Virus record (IMG/VR): IMGVR_UViG_3300020045_001508
Location: 1 to 37,130 of that record
Source of the DNA: a virus
Lineage: Duplodnaviria; Caudoviricetes
DNA: 37,130 nt
Direction: 5' to 3' (one strand)
The first letter of the stretch is position 1, and every line of letters begins with the position of its first letter. Of this stretch, positions 1 through 7,640 are shown one piece after another. The notes below the pieces were generated by a model, which did no database searches, had not been told where the DNA came from, and worked only from the letters and a program-made list of their open reading frames with translations. A program made the translations under genes and the position numbers.

Positions 1-121
1 ATGAAAGCAAGTGAAGAAGCAAAGAACGCTGGCCTTAAAAGCTTAAAAGAGCTAGCAGAAATATCAGGTTTAAATGCAGTAACTTTAATTAACTGGCTAA
101 GAAATAGACCTAAAGCATTTA
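1..121. repeat. Terminal direct repeat, identical to 37010..37130 (circular assembly overlap)
   Basis: The first 121 nt (atgaaagcaagtg...aaagcattta) recur exactly at the window end, and the repeat cuts through a gene. Confidence 0.95.
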
Positions 122-183
122 AGTGCTTGGTACTAGGCGCGGCTAAAGTAAAACGTGATTCAATTAACGAGGAAAACAAATGA
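1..183 (+). CDS. Small HTH DNA-binding protein
   Basis: 60 aa; SLKELAEISGLNAVTLINW is an HTH-like pattern; coupled (ATGA-type overlap) to the gene ending at 37013. Confidence 0.7.
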   Translation: MKASEEAKNAGLKSLKELAEISGLNAVTLINWLRNRPKAFKCLVLGAAKVKRDSINEENK

Positions 184-650
184 AATACTCAATTCTATTT
201 TTAGCATTATTATCAACAAATGCTTTTGCAACATACAAAGAACCGCAAGGATCAAGCGCGTTATCAAGCAGCAATTCTAGTTCGGTATCTGTGAGCGGTG
301 CATTGTCGCAATCAAACGCAGTGCAAAATAGTACCGTAAATGCGTATGGCGGGGCTGTAGACGCATCAAATGATGTCAACCTAAGTAATGATATTAGTCA
401 GGACACAAAAATGCCTGCTAGCTCGGCAATTGCACCTAGTGTAGCGACAATGGTAGACTGTGCAATTAGTAATCCGTCATCAAAAGCATTTAGTGTTTTA
501 ATTTTTAGTGTAAGCGGTACAACTGGCACGACAATGAACCCAATTTGCTTTGCATTAAAGACTGGCGATGTGGATGTTGCAAAACGGTTAATGTGTAGAG
601 AATCGAGCGATTACGCTAAGGCTAACAGTACATTTTGTGAGGTGAAATGA
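180..650 (+). CDS. Secreted/periplasmic protein with Ser-rich linker and Cys-containing C-terminal domain
   Basis: Sec signal peptide MKYSILFLALLSTNAFA (A-F-A cleavage site), Ser/Asn-rich stretch, 4 Cys after PASSAIAPS. Confidence 0.7.
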   Translation: MKYSILFLALLSTNAFATYKEPQGSSALSSSNSSSVSVSGALSQSNAVQNSTVNAYGGAVDASNDVNLSNDISQDTKMPASSAIAPSVATMVDCAISNPSSKAFSVLIFSVSGTTGTTMNPICFALKTGDVDVAKRLMCRESSDYAKANSTFCEVK

Positions 651-784
651 TGGATAGCTTAAAAGTAATGAGCGATTTAATAGAAATTGCTAACAATAAA
701 ATTGACACCCAAGCAGAAATAATTAAAGCATTAGAAGAGAAAATTGAATTGTTGCAAAAAATTATTGATAAGGCGCAATTATGA
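647..784 (+). CDS. Small coiled-coil hypothetical protein (45 aa, not in ORF track)
   Basis: MMDSLKVMSDLIEIANNKIDTQAEIIKALEEKIELLQKIIDKAQL; GAGGTG RBS; ATGA overlaps at both ends. Confidence 0.6.
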   Translation: MMDSLKVMSDLIEIANNKIDTQAEIIKALEEKIELLQKIIDKAQL

Positions 785-957
785 ATGATTTATCAGAAGC
801 AGCTTTAAAGGCTAATGTAATATTTTTTAAAGAGTTAGCAAAAAAGAATATTTTTTTAGCTGCAACATTTAATCATACAGCCAACCAATATATGGAGAAA
901 TTAAATGACAGAAGAACAGCTAAGACAGAGAGTAATCAGTCAGGACAAGATAATTGA
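781..957 (+). CDS. Hypothetical protein (58 aa)
   Basis: MNDLSEAALKANVIFFKELAKK...; ATGA overlap with the previous ORF. Confidence 0.45.
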   Translation: MNDLSEAALKANVIFFKELAKKNIFLAATFNHTANQYMEKLNDRRTAKTESNQSGQDN

Positions 958-1075
958 AGAATTGGTCGCAAAAAATACCGTTCAAAACGAAATGATAGAC
1001 CAACTTTTAGAATCAAACCGTGAGTATCAATTAGCACTTGCTCGTTATCAAATAGGCAGTAACGATGAGTCATGA
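905..1075 (+). CDS. Small coiled-coil hypothetical protein (56 aa)
   Basis: MTEEQLRQRVISQDKIIEEL...; GGAG RBS upstream. Confidence 0.55.
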   Translation: MTEEQLRQRVISQDKIIEELVAKNTVQNEMIDQLLESNREYQLALARYQIGSNDES

Positions 1076-1253
1076 ATGGGTTAAGAAATCACAATATACG
1101 GAACAATGTAATCATGGTGGCAGTGAGTTTATTTGTAGTGAGCTAGGCTACAATGGGCATAAGACTTACAGCTTATTTCAAGATGATGAATTGATTGCAG
1201 TGTTTAAATCAAAAGCTTTATTGAAGGACTATTTTATACGGAATTACTTATGA
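1065..1253 (+). CDS. Hypothetical protein
   Basis: ORF in a tightly packed early operon. Confidence 0.55.
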   Translation: MSHEWVKKSQYTEQCNHGGSEFICSELGYNGHKTYSLFQDDELIAVFKSKALLKDYFIRNYL

Positions 1254-1480
1254 GTTTATTTGATTTTTTAAAACCAAAAACAGCATGGTCTGATTTTAGA
1301 GAAAGAGCCCGATGTTTAAATTGTGAAGAGATTCATATCGCATCAAAGTTAACAATTTGCCCATTATGTGGGTTTAAACGTTTAAATCTTGTTATTGCTA
1401 GATATAAATATAATTATGGTCTAGTACCTTCTGATTATGCTCAGCCATTAGAATGGGAATTAGCAAAGGAAAATTTATGA
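1250..1480 (+). CDS. Zinc-ribbon protein
   Basis: CLNC...CPLC motif pair. Confidence 0.6.
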   Translation: MSLFDFLKPKTAWSDFRERARCLNCEEIHIASKLTICPLCGFKRLNLVIARYKYNYGLVPSDYAQPLEWELAKENL

Positions 1481-1791
1481 GTGACGGTATAACAGAAATG
1501 CAACATTTTAACGGTTCAACTATTAACGATTGGAATAAGCAAAACATTAACCATGCAACAGCAAGTGTTAGAGCAAGCATTGGTTCCTTAAATACTCAAG
1601 TTGATGGTAAACACTACAAGCATTTAAAAATTCAGCCTGTAGAATATATCCATGCAAATAACATACCGTTTATTGAAGGTAGCATTATAAAATATGCAAC
1701 AAGATGGCGTGATAAAGGCGGATTAAAAGACATTGAAAAAATTAAGCACTTTTGCGATTTATTAATTGAATTAGAAAATAAGAAAGAATAA
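1477..1791 (+). CDS. DUF3310-family protein (T7 gp1.7-like putative nucleotide kinase)
   Basis: QVDGKHY...QPVEYI...FIEGSIIKYATRWRDKGGLKDIEK signature; start at 1477 chosen from the AAGGA RBS and ATGA overlap. Confidence 0.8.
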   Translation: MSDGITEMQHFNGSTINDWNKQNINHATASVRASIGSLNTQVDGKHYKHLKIQPVEYIHANNIPFIEGSIIKYATRWRDKGGLKDIEKIKHFCDLLIELENKKE

Positions 1792-1804
1792 CTGGAGAAA
1801 AAAT

Positions 1805-2026
1805 ATGAAAGATTTAAATTTACATACAGTTGTTAGCGCTGCTTTAATATTAATAGTTTTAATGGTGTCAAGTTGCTCTGTAATAACTATTCACGAAAAA
1901 ATGAATGCTGCAAAAGAAATGCAAAAAAATGGCGCTGACCCATTAGACATACCATGCGCTACGGAGCAAGGAACAGAAAGATATTGCGAACTTCGTTCAG
2001 CATCAAGAAAAAATAAAGATAATTAA
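1805..2026 (+). CDS. Membrane-anchored protein, possibly a lipoprotein
   Basis: N-terminal hydrophobic helix ending VSSC; two further Cys; GGAG RBS. Confidence 0.6.
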   Translation: MKDLNLHTVVSAALILIVLMVSSCSVITIHEKMNAAKEMQKNGADPLDIPCATEQGTERYCELRSASRKNKDN

Positions 2027-2041
2027 TAAATTGAGATAAAA

Positions 2042-2563
2042 ATGCACGAACAACTATTAGAAGAAAATAAAAAATTTAATATCATATTTAAACGATTAGA
2101 GTTAATTGTTAAATATTGCAATGACTTTGTAGATGTGGAATCATTAGCAAAGATTATGTCAAACCATCCTGAATTAAAATACACGCATGTAACTACTATT
2201 CGCAAAGACTGTAAAACACTTTATGATTATGGGTTCTTGGAGTTTAAAAAAGATAAGTTAAAGTCAGGCGATTACGCGCATTTTTTTAAGTCAAGCGTAG
2301 AAAGACTTAAACCTGATGATTATGTGATAAAATATGATATAATTGGTAAACTAGAAAGACAAAAAGAACGGCAAGCAGAAGCTGTTAAAAACTTTCAAAA
2401 GTACAAAGTTAAAACATTAAGCGGATTAATTGAAGGCTCAAGAGTGTACAGCTTTGAAATACTTGAAGACCAGTTAAGAGATTCAGATAAGTTAAGACGT
2501 AAAGAAAAATCAAAGCAGCATGTAGGTCAGTTTATGGGTGAATCATCTTTGGCTAGATTTTAA
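2042..2563 (+). CDS. Hypothetical protein, possibly winged-helix DNA-binding
   Basis: 173 aa; VESLAKIM...TTIRKDCKTLYDYGFL resembles a wHTH; lies near the early/late boundary. Confidence 0.5.
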   Translation: MHEQLLEENKKFNIIFKRLELIVKYCNDFVDVESLAKIMSNHPELKYTHVTTIRKDCKTLYDYGFLEFKKDKLKSGDYAHFFKSSVERLKPDDYVIKYDIIGKLERQKERQAEAVKNFQKYKVKTLSGLIEGSRVYSFEILEDQLRDSDKLRRKEKSKQHVGQFMGESSLARF

Positions 2564-2728
2564 ATGGAAGATTCAGAAGACTACAGTAAAATTGAAGTGC
2601 CTAAGCTTAAGAAAGTAATTAGGCCACTTCATAATTGTAAGAACTGCGGTCAACTTACTGAAAACTATTATTGCGATAAGCATTGTAAAAAAGATTTTCA
2701 GGAAAGAAATTACCAATTAACTAAGTAA
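2564..2728 (+). CDS. Small zinc-finger protein (54 aa, not in track)
   Basis: MEDSEDYSKIEV...CKNCGQLTENYYCDKHCKKDF. Confidence 0.6.
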   Translation: MEDSEDYSKIEVPKLKKVIRPLHNCKNCGQLTENYYCDKHCKKDFQERNYQLTK

Positions 2729-2799
2729 TCACAGGCCGTAAAGAAATGCCATTGTTTTGTGGCTTTGCTTTAGTGATAAATGAACGGTTGCCACCGTTT

Positions 2800-2841
2800 A
2801 ATTAATGGGGTGCTGAGTAAAAATTAGCATCCCCATTAATT
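2800..2841 (+). terminator. Long hairpin (possible terminator or processing site) at the early/late boundary
   Basis: aattaatgggg-tgctga / ttagca-t-ccccattaatt; 11-bp perfect outer stem; no strong U-tract. Confidence 0.5.
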
Positions 2842-2895
2842 CTATAAATATAAATTACGAAATAATTAACTAAGGACTACTCCTAGTAGGTTAAT

Positions 2896-3138
2896 ATGAA
2901 AAAAATACCATCAACAAAAGAATCAGTAACAAAAGCCAAAGATTTACTAAATCAACAAGAGACATTATTAGCGTTATTTGAAAAACTAAATAATAATGAA
3001 TCTGAAAATAAAGAATATTTGGTATCAATTCACACCTTACCTACTTTCCATGTTAATTTAAATTATTCATTTCTAATAGAAGCAATAAATCAAAAGTTGC
3101 TAATGATTACAAATGAATTAAATGATTTGGCTGAATAG
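2896..3138 (+). CDS. Hypothetical protein
   Basis: AT-rich 80-aa ORF with AGGT RBS. Confidence 0.55.
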   Translation: MKKIPSTKESVTKAKDLLNQQETLLALFEKLNNNESENKEYLVSIHTLPTFHVNLNYSFLIEAINQKLLMITNELNDLAE

Positions 3139-3147
3139 GTTAATAAA

Positions 3148-3456
3148 ATGGCAGAGGTTACAGAAACAAATCCAAAGGGAGCAGGGGCGCCTGAAGGAAA
3201 CACAAATTCAAATAAAAACAATCGCTTATGGGCTGATACAATTAAACGCGCCGTTGTTCAATCTGATGGTGAAAGGTTAAGACGTATTGCAGAAGCGTTA
3301 CTAATGAAAGCAGAAGATGGCGACATGACAGCCATTAAGGAATTGGGTGACAGATTAGACGGTAAAGCTATGCAAGCCATTGAACATAGCGGTGATTCAG
3401 AGCATCCAATTCAACACCAAATCCAATACAATATCATTGACCCTAAAGATAAATGA
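3148..3456 (+). CDS. terS: Terminase small subunit
   Basis: GAPEGNTNS N-terminal motif, AIKELGDRLDGKAMQAIEHSG; upstream of terL. Confidence 0.75.
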   Translation: MAEVTETNPKGAGAPEGNTNSNKNNRLWADTIKRAVVQSDGERLRRIAEALLMKAEDGDMTAIKELGDRLDGKAMQAIEHSGDSEHPIQHQIQYNIIDPKDK

Positions 3457-3641
3457 AAATAACCGTATGGATTAAATTAAACAATGGCGTGTATGAGCAT
3501 AATCATATAGAAGAAGGCCATTCATTTAATCAAAAGCCAACGCCTAAGTTTGATAGCCAAAAATCATGGCTCAATAATCAGTGGTTAAAAAAGCATGCGT
3601 ATCTTGTAAATAACAAAATAGTGCAAAATGATAAATGTTGA
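3453..3641 (+). CDS. Hypothetical protein inserted between terS and terL
   Basis: 62 aa; overlaps both neighbours. Confidence 0.55.
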   Translation: MKITVWIKLNNGVYEHNHIEEGHSFNQKPTPKFDSQKSWLNNQWLKKHAYLVNNKIVQNDKC

Positions 3642-4974
3642 AGTCCCTCGCAAACTAAAGCCATTACTATACTCAAAGCGATACAAAGGATTATATGGGG
3701 GAAGAGGCGGTGCTAAGTCACACTTCTTTGCAGAACAAGTAATATTAAGAGCTTACATGGCTACTACACGCATAGTGTGTATCCGTGAAGTTCAAAACTC
3801 CATTAAAGATTCTGTTAAACAGTTGCTCGTTGACAAAATACAAAAATATTCATTAGATGCTTGGTTTGAAGTATTAGAATCAGAGATAAGATGCCCTAAC
3901 GGTTCAATCATTGTATTTAAGGGTATGCAGTCTTATAACGCGTCAAACATTAAATCACTTGAAGGCTATGACGTTGCATGGGTAGAAGAAGCTCAAACAC
4001 TTAGCCAACACTCACTAGACCTATTAAGACCTACATTACGTAAAGAAGGCTCAGAGCTTTGGTTTAGTTGGAATCCTCGATACAAGACTGACGCGGTAGA
4101 TATATTCTTTAGAAAGTCACCACCACCTGATGCTGTGAGTGTTTTAGTTAATTGGTACGATAACCCATGGTTCCCTGATGTTCTAAGACGTGAGATGCTT
4201 CATGACTTTGACGTTGATGCTGATAAGGCCGAGCATATTTGGAATGGGGCTTATGGTGCAAGTCAAGGCGCTATCCTTGCTCGATGGGTAGGAAGGGCAG
4301 AGCGTGATGAGCGTGTGCATAATGATGTGGTTTATGATGAAGACGGTTATACAATAGAGGTCTCAAGCGACTTAGGCTTTAGAGATACTGCGAGCTTTTG
4401 GTACTGGCAGAGAACTATGGGCGGATTTAGAGTTCTTAAGTACGAAGGCGATACTGGCCTTGACGCTGATGACTGGATACCACGTATATATAAAAGCGTA
4501 TTAGAGTTAGGATGTAAAAAGCCCCCTGTTATTTGGCTTCCACATGATGCAAGAGCTAAAACGTTTCAGTCTAAGCATACTACTATTGAAAAGTTTGCAG
4601 AACGGTTCGGAGCTGATAAAGTTCATATCGTGCCAATGAGTAAAAAGCTAGACCAAATTGAAGCGGCAAGAACTGTGATAAATCGTTGTGAATTTCACCG
4701 TGATTTGTGTGAAGATGGATTGGATGGTTTACGTGCATGGGAATTCAGTTATAATGATGAAACAGGCGTAATGAGTAGAGAGCCTTTGCACAACTGGGCA
4801 TCTCATCCTAGTGATGCTTTTGCTTATGGGTGTCAGGTTATGAGTGACATTGAGAAAAAGCCACAAGATGAGACTGCTAGATATCCTGTCACTGGCATTA
4901 GCTCAAGTTTGATACAAGTAGCGCCATTAGATGAACTGTGGAAGTCAACACCTAAAGGGAGTAATAGAATATGA
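3628..4974 (+). CDS. terL: Terminase large subunit (PBSX/Terminase_3 type, headful packaging)
   Basis: Walker A YGGRGGAKS, REVQNSIKDS, Walker B AWVEEAQ, SWNP, nuclease SSDLG and HPSDAFAY. Confidence 0.95.
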   Translation: MINVEVPRKLKPLLYSKRYKGLYGGRGGAKSHFFAEQVILRAYMATTRIVCIREVQNSIKDSVKQLLVDKIQKYSLDAWFEVLESEIRCPNGSIIVFKGMQSYNASNIKSLEGYDVAWVEEAQTLSQHSLDLLRPTLRKEGSELWFSWNPRYKTDAVDIFFRKSPPPDAVSVLVNWYDNPWFPDVLRREMLHDFDVDADKAEHIWNGAYGASQGAILARWVGRAERDERVHNDVVYDEDGYTIEVSSDLGFRDTASFWYWQRTMGGFRVLKYEGDTGLDADDWIPRIYKSVLELGCKKPPVIWLPHDARAKTFQSKHTTIEKFAERFGADKVHIVPMSKKLDQIEAARTVINRCEFHRDLCEDGLDGLRAWEFSYNDETGVMSREPLHNWASHPSDAFAYGCQVMSDIEKKPQDETARYPVTGISSSLIQVAPLDELWKSTPKGSNRI

Positions 4975-5192
4975 TTACAGTACAAGATGACGAGTATATG
5001 CTAGTAAGAATTAAAGATAATGCTGTTGTTATCAATAGATTATTTTTAACTGATACTGGCATAAGCCAAAGACCATGCCACGCTGAAAAAGAAAATGAAG
5101 AGCTTGCAAAGTGTGTAAATGGATGGCTTGAAAGAGAAAAAGCTGGGAGAGTTAGTTTTGGGAAGTATCTACATGACTACAAGCAAATATAA
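4971..5192 (+). CDS. Hypothetical protein
   Basis: ATGA overlap with terL. Confidence 0.55.
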   Translation: MITVQDDEYMLVRIKDNAVVINRLFLTDTGISQRPCHAEKENEELAKCVNGWLEREKAGRVSFGKYLHDYKQI

Positions 5193-5206
5193 TTATTTTT
5201 CTTTTA

Positions 5207-5215
5207 TGTTATAAT
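5207..5215 (+). promoter_or_regulatory. Extended -10 promoter element (TGnTATAAT)
   Basis: tgttataat in an AT-rich gap about 35 nt upstream of the 5250 start. Confidence 0.5.
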
Positions 5216-5249
5216 ATAGAATATTAATCTAACTCTGGGAAGAGCTGAT

Positions 5250-5768
5250 ATGTCACTTTCAATTTTAACAAATCGCGGATGGACAGATTCAAATGGCACG
5301 TTTGCTGCCAATACTGTTTATAGCTTACCTAATGCGGTATCTAACGTTTACGTTCAGCAAGGTCGAGCGCAATTCACCGATGCCCCTCCTTCTAACTTTG
5401 CAATGGCTGGCGACCCTTCTGCGACTAATGCGCCTGTGTTTGGTCAGACTAGCGGGATTTGGGGAGTTGAAACATTTAACACAACTCAAAGGCTGGATGC
5501 TACCAAGCCATTTGCAACATTAACTTTGACTGCAAGTATTACATCTTTGTCGTTAGTCGATAACGCTGGGTCTGCTCAAGTGCTGTATAGAGAGTTTATC
5601 CAAGGCGGAGCTGGTAACTTTACAGTTTCATTTAATACGGCTGTATTTGAAAAGTCAGGCGCTTCGTTTCCAGTATTAACTACAACAGCAGGCGCAAAAG
5701 ATGTGCTTACGTTTACACGCAGTTCTAACGGTAAATGGTTGGTAACAGCCGTGTTAAACGTGTCATGA
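5250..5768 (+). CDS. Putative virion fibre/decoration protein (beta-rich)
   Basis: Thr/Ser/Gly-rich; C-terminal IQGGAGNFTVSF...PVLTTTAGAKDVLTF resembles phage fibre domains. Confidence 0.55.
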   Translation: MSLSILTNRGWTDSNGTFAANTVYSLPNAVSNVYVQQGRAQFTDAPPSNFAMAGDPSATNAPVFGQTSGIWGVETFNTTQRLDATKPFATLTLTASITSLSLVDNAGSAQVLYREFIQGGAGNFTVSFNTAVFEKSGASFPVLTTTAGAKDVLTFTRSSNGKWLVTAVLNVS

Positions 5769-6646
5769 TTTTCCCTGCTAGTCATTTTCCTGCTTTTGGA
5801 CAGGTTGCTGAGAGTGGTAGCAGTTTTTTATTAGACACTTACTCAGGCGCTTTAGGTGCTTATTCAATTGCTAGGCGGTTGTCTACATCTTATACAGGCG
5901 CATTAATAAGAATTAGACGTTCTACTGATAACGTAGAGCAAGACATTGGATATGACGGAAGTGGTAATTTAGACACAGCGGCTATTACTACATTTATTGG
6001 TGCAAATAGTGCATTTTTAGTAACTCGTTACGACCAAAGCGGAAGTGGTAACCATCAAACGCAAGCAACAGCGGCAAGACAGCCAAGAATTGTAAATGCT
6101 GGAACATTGGAAACGCAAAATGGCAAACCTTCGGCAAACTATGCCCTCGGCATAGCTGGTTTAATTACAACAACAGGCAATTTCATGCCTAACAATACGC
6201 CTACTGCACATTTTTCTGTTCAATCGTCTAACGGAGCAATTGGGATTAGATACCCTACTGTTTTTGCCATTTCAACTGGGTCAACTAACGCTTATTCATG
6301 TGCGCAAAGAGTCTCTTCACTTTCTTGTACTCAAGGGCGCACAGGAGCGGCAGATGTGATTATGACTAACGTAACATTCTCTAGCGCTTTATCAGCACTA
6401 AGCATTACAACATTAGGCAACGTATCAGGAACAATTACATCGGTATCTCAATTAAATAATGGTACAAGCGGTACAGTTAGTTTGGGAAGTTATCCTACAC
6501 AGTTGGTAGGGATGCAATCAGGTTTTGAGCGCCTAGATGCTTGGTGGAATGGATTTATTTCAGAAGACATCCATTACACGCAGGACATGGTATCTGTAAG
6601 AACTGGGGTATCTTCAAATCAAATAGCATATTATGGAATCACATAA
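5765..6646 (+). CDS. Lectin-like (LamG/arabinofuranosidase-B-like fold) virion protein
   Basis: GAYSIARRLSTSYTGALIRIRRSTDNVEQDIG...YDQSGSGNH...QPRIV and GFISE...IAYYGI; start at 5765 from ATGA coupling. Confidence 0.7.
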   Translation: MIFPASHFPAFGQVAESGSSFLLDTYSGALGAYSIARRLSTSYTGALIRIRRSTDNVEQDIGYDGSGNLDTAAITTFIGANSAFLVTRYDQSGSGNHQTQATAARQPRIVNAGTLETQNGKPSANYALGIAGLITTTGNFMPNNTPTAHFSVQSSNGAIGIRYPTVFAISTGSTNAYSCAQRVSSLSCTQGRTGAADVIMTNVTFSSALSALSITTLGNVSGTITSVSQLNNGTSGTVSLGSYPTQLVGMQSGFERLDAWWNGFISEDIHYTQDMVSVRTGVSSNQIAYYGIT

Positions 6647-6647
6647 A

Positions 6648-7091
6648 ATGAAAACATATATATTTAACAATGAAAACATCACATACCACCAAGGAGTAGT
6701 CATTAACGACATTTGGCATCCAATGACAGCTGTAAAAATATGGCCATATGAGCGTTTAGAGGATTTTGGAATTACAGTTACAGAAACTATTGAAACCCAA
6801 TTTCAACCAAATCAAGAAGATTTGTTATTACAAGCAAGAGAGCAAGTAAGAAGCGCTTTACAAGAGGCTATCAATAAAAAAGCAAGGTCTTTTGGCTTCA
6901 GCGAAGGCAATGCTTTAATGTTGTATGCTGGATTTACTAATCCTTTTCAAGTAATGGCTAAAAAGTTTGCAATTTGGGAGGCTAGTGTTTGGGTAGAAGC
7001 TAATCAATACAAAGAGCAAGTATTGCTAGGCGCTAAACCAATGGTTAGCGGTGAAGAAGCAGTTGCAATGATGCCAACATACCCAAACTAA
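6648..7091 (+). CDS. Tail-fibre assembly/chaperone-like protein
   Basis: ALQEAINKKARSFGF...YAGFTNPF...WEASVW pattern typical of fibre-associated chaperones. Confidence 0.55.
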   Translation: MKTYIFNNENITYHQGVVINDIWHPMTAVKIWPYERLEDFGITVTETIETQFQPNQEDLLLQAREQVRSALQEAINKKARSFGFSEGNALMLYAGFTNPFQVMAKKFAIWEASVWVEANQYKEQVLLGAKPMVSGEEAVAMMPTYPN

Positions 7092-7315
7092 TGAATAGGT
7101 TTTATCAACTGCTAATCGCTTTTGACCAATGCTTTAATTGCTTAATTGGTAGCGGATATGCTGATGAAACCTTGAGCGCTTATTTTTACAGAAAAAAAGA
7201 CTGGCGAATGAAATTGGTTGATTTTATTTTTTGGTTTGACAAAAATCATTGTGAGAATAGTTATTACAGCGAATTTTTAAGAAAACACTATCCAAAAGAA
7301 TATAGGGGAATATAA
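7091..7315 (+). CDS. Conserved phage protein usually found after fibre genes
   Basis: LIAFDQCFN...DETLSA...VDFIFWFDKNHC signature. Confidence 0.65.
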   Translation: MNRFYQLLIAFDQCFNCLIGSGYADETLSAYFYRKKDWRMKLVDFIFWFDKNHCENSYYSEFLRKHYPKEYRGI

Positions 7316-7632
7316 TGGCAGGAATCAATAGTCCATATCGTTATCAGTATGAACGAGTAGCAGCGAGCCAAACCGCTCAAGTTTTGGGTGGCACAGGCGC
7401 TGTAGGTGATTACGTTCATAGATTAATTGTTACAGTTAATACATCAGCCACAAGCACGGTATCTCTAATTGATGGGGCAGGTACTGGCTTATTAACTTAT
7501 CCTATTATGCCAACCAATACGCCAATCGGTGTGTATTCAATTCAAATTGAAGCTGCTAGTCAAAACGGTTCATGGAAGTTAACAACAGGTGCAGGCGTTG
7601 ATGCTATGGCAGTTGGTGTGTTCTCAGCTTAA
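7315..7632 (+). CDS. Putative minor virion structural protein
   Basis: 105 aa, rich in Gly/Ala/Thr beta-strands; GGGG RBS; directly before portal. Confidence 0.6.
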   Translation: MAGINSPYRYQYERVAASQTAQVLGGTGAVGDYVHRLIVTVNTSATSTVSLIDGAGTGLLTYPIMPTNTPIGVYSIQIEAASQNGSWKLTTGAGVDAMAVGVFSA

Positions 7633-7640
7633 GGCTAAAA

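Noticed and set aside
1-121. 121-bp terminal repeat as a biological direct terminal repeat
   Set aside because: It cuts through a gene, its length is typical of an assembler k-mer overlap, and the terminase is headful type. Treated as a circularity artefact.
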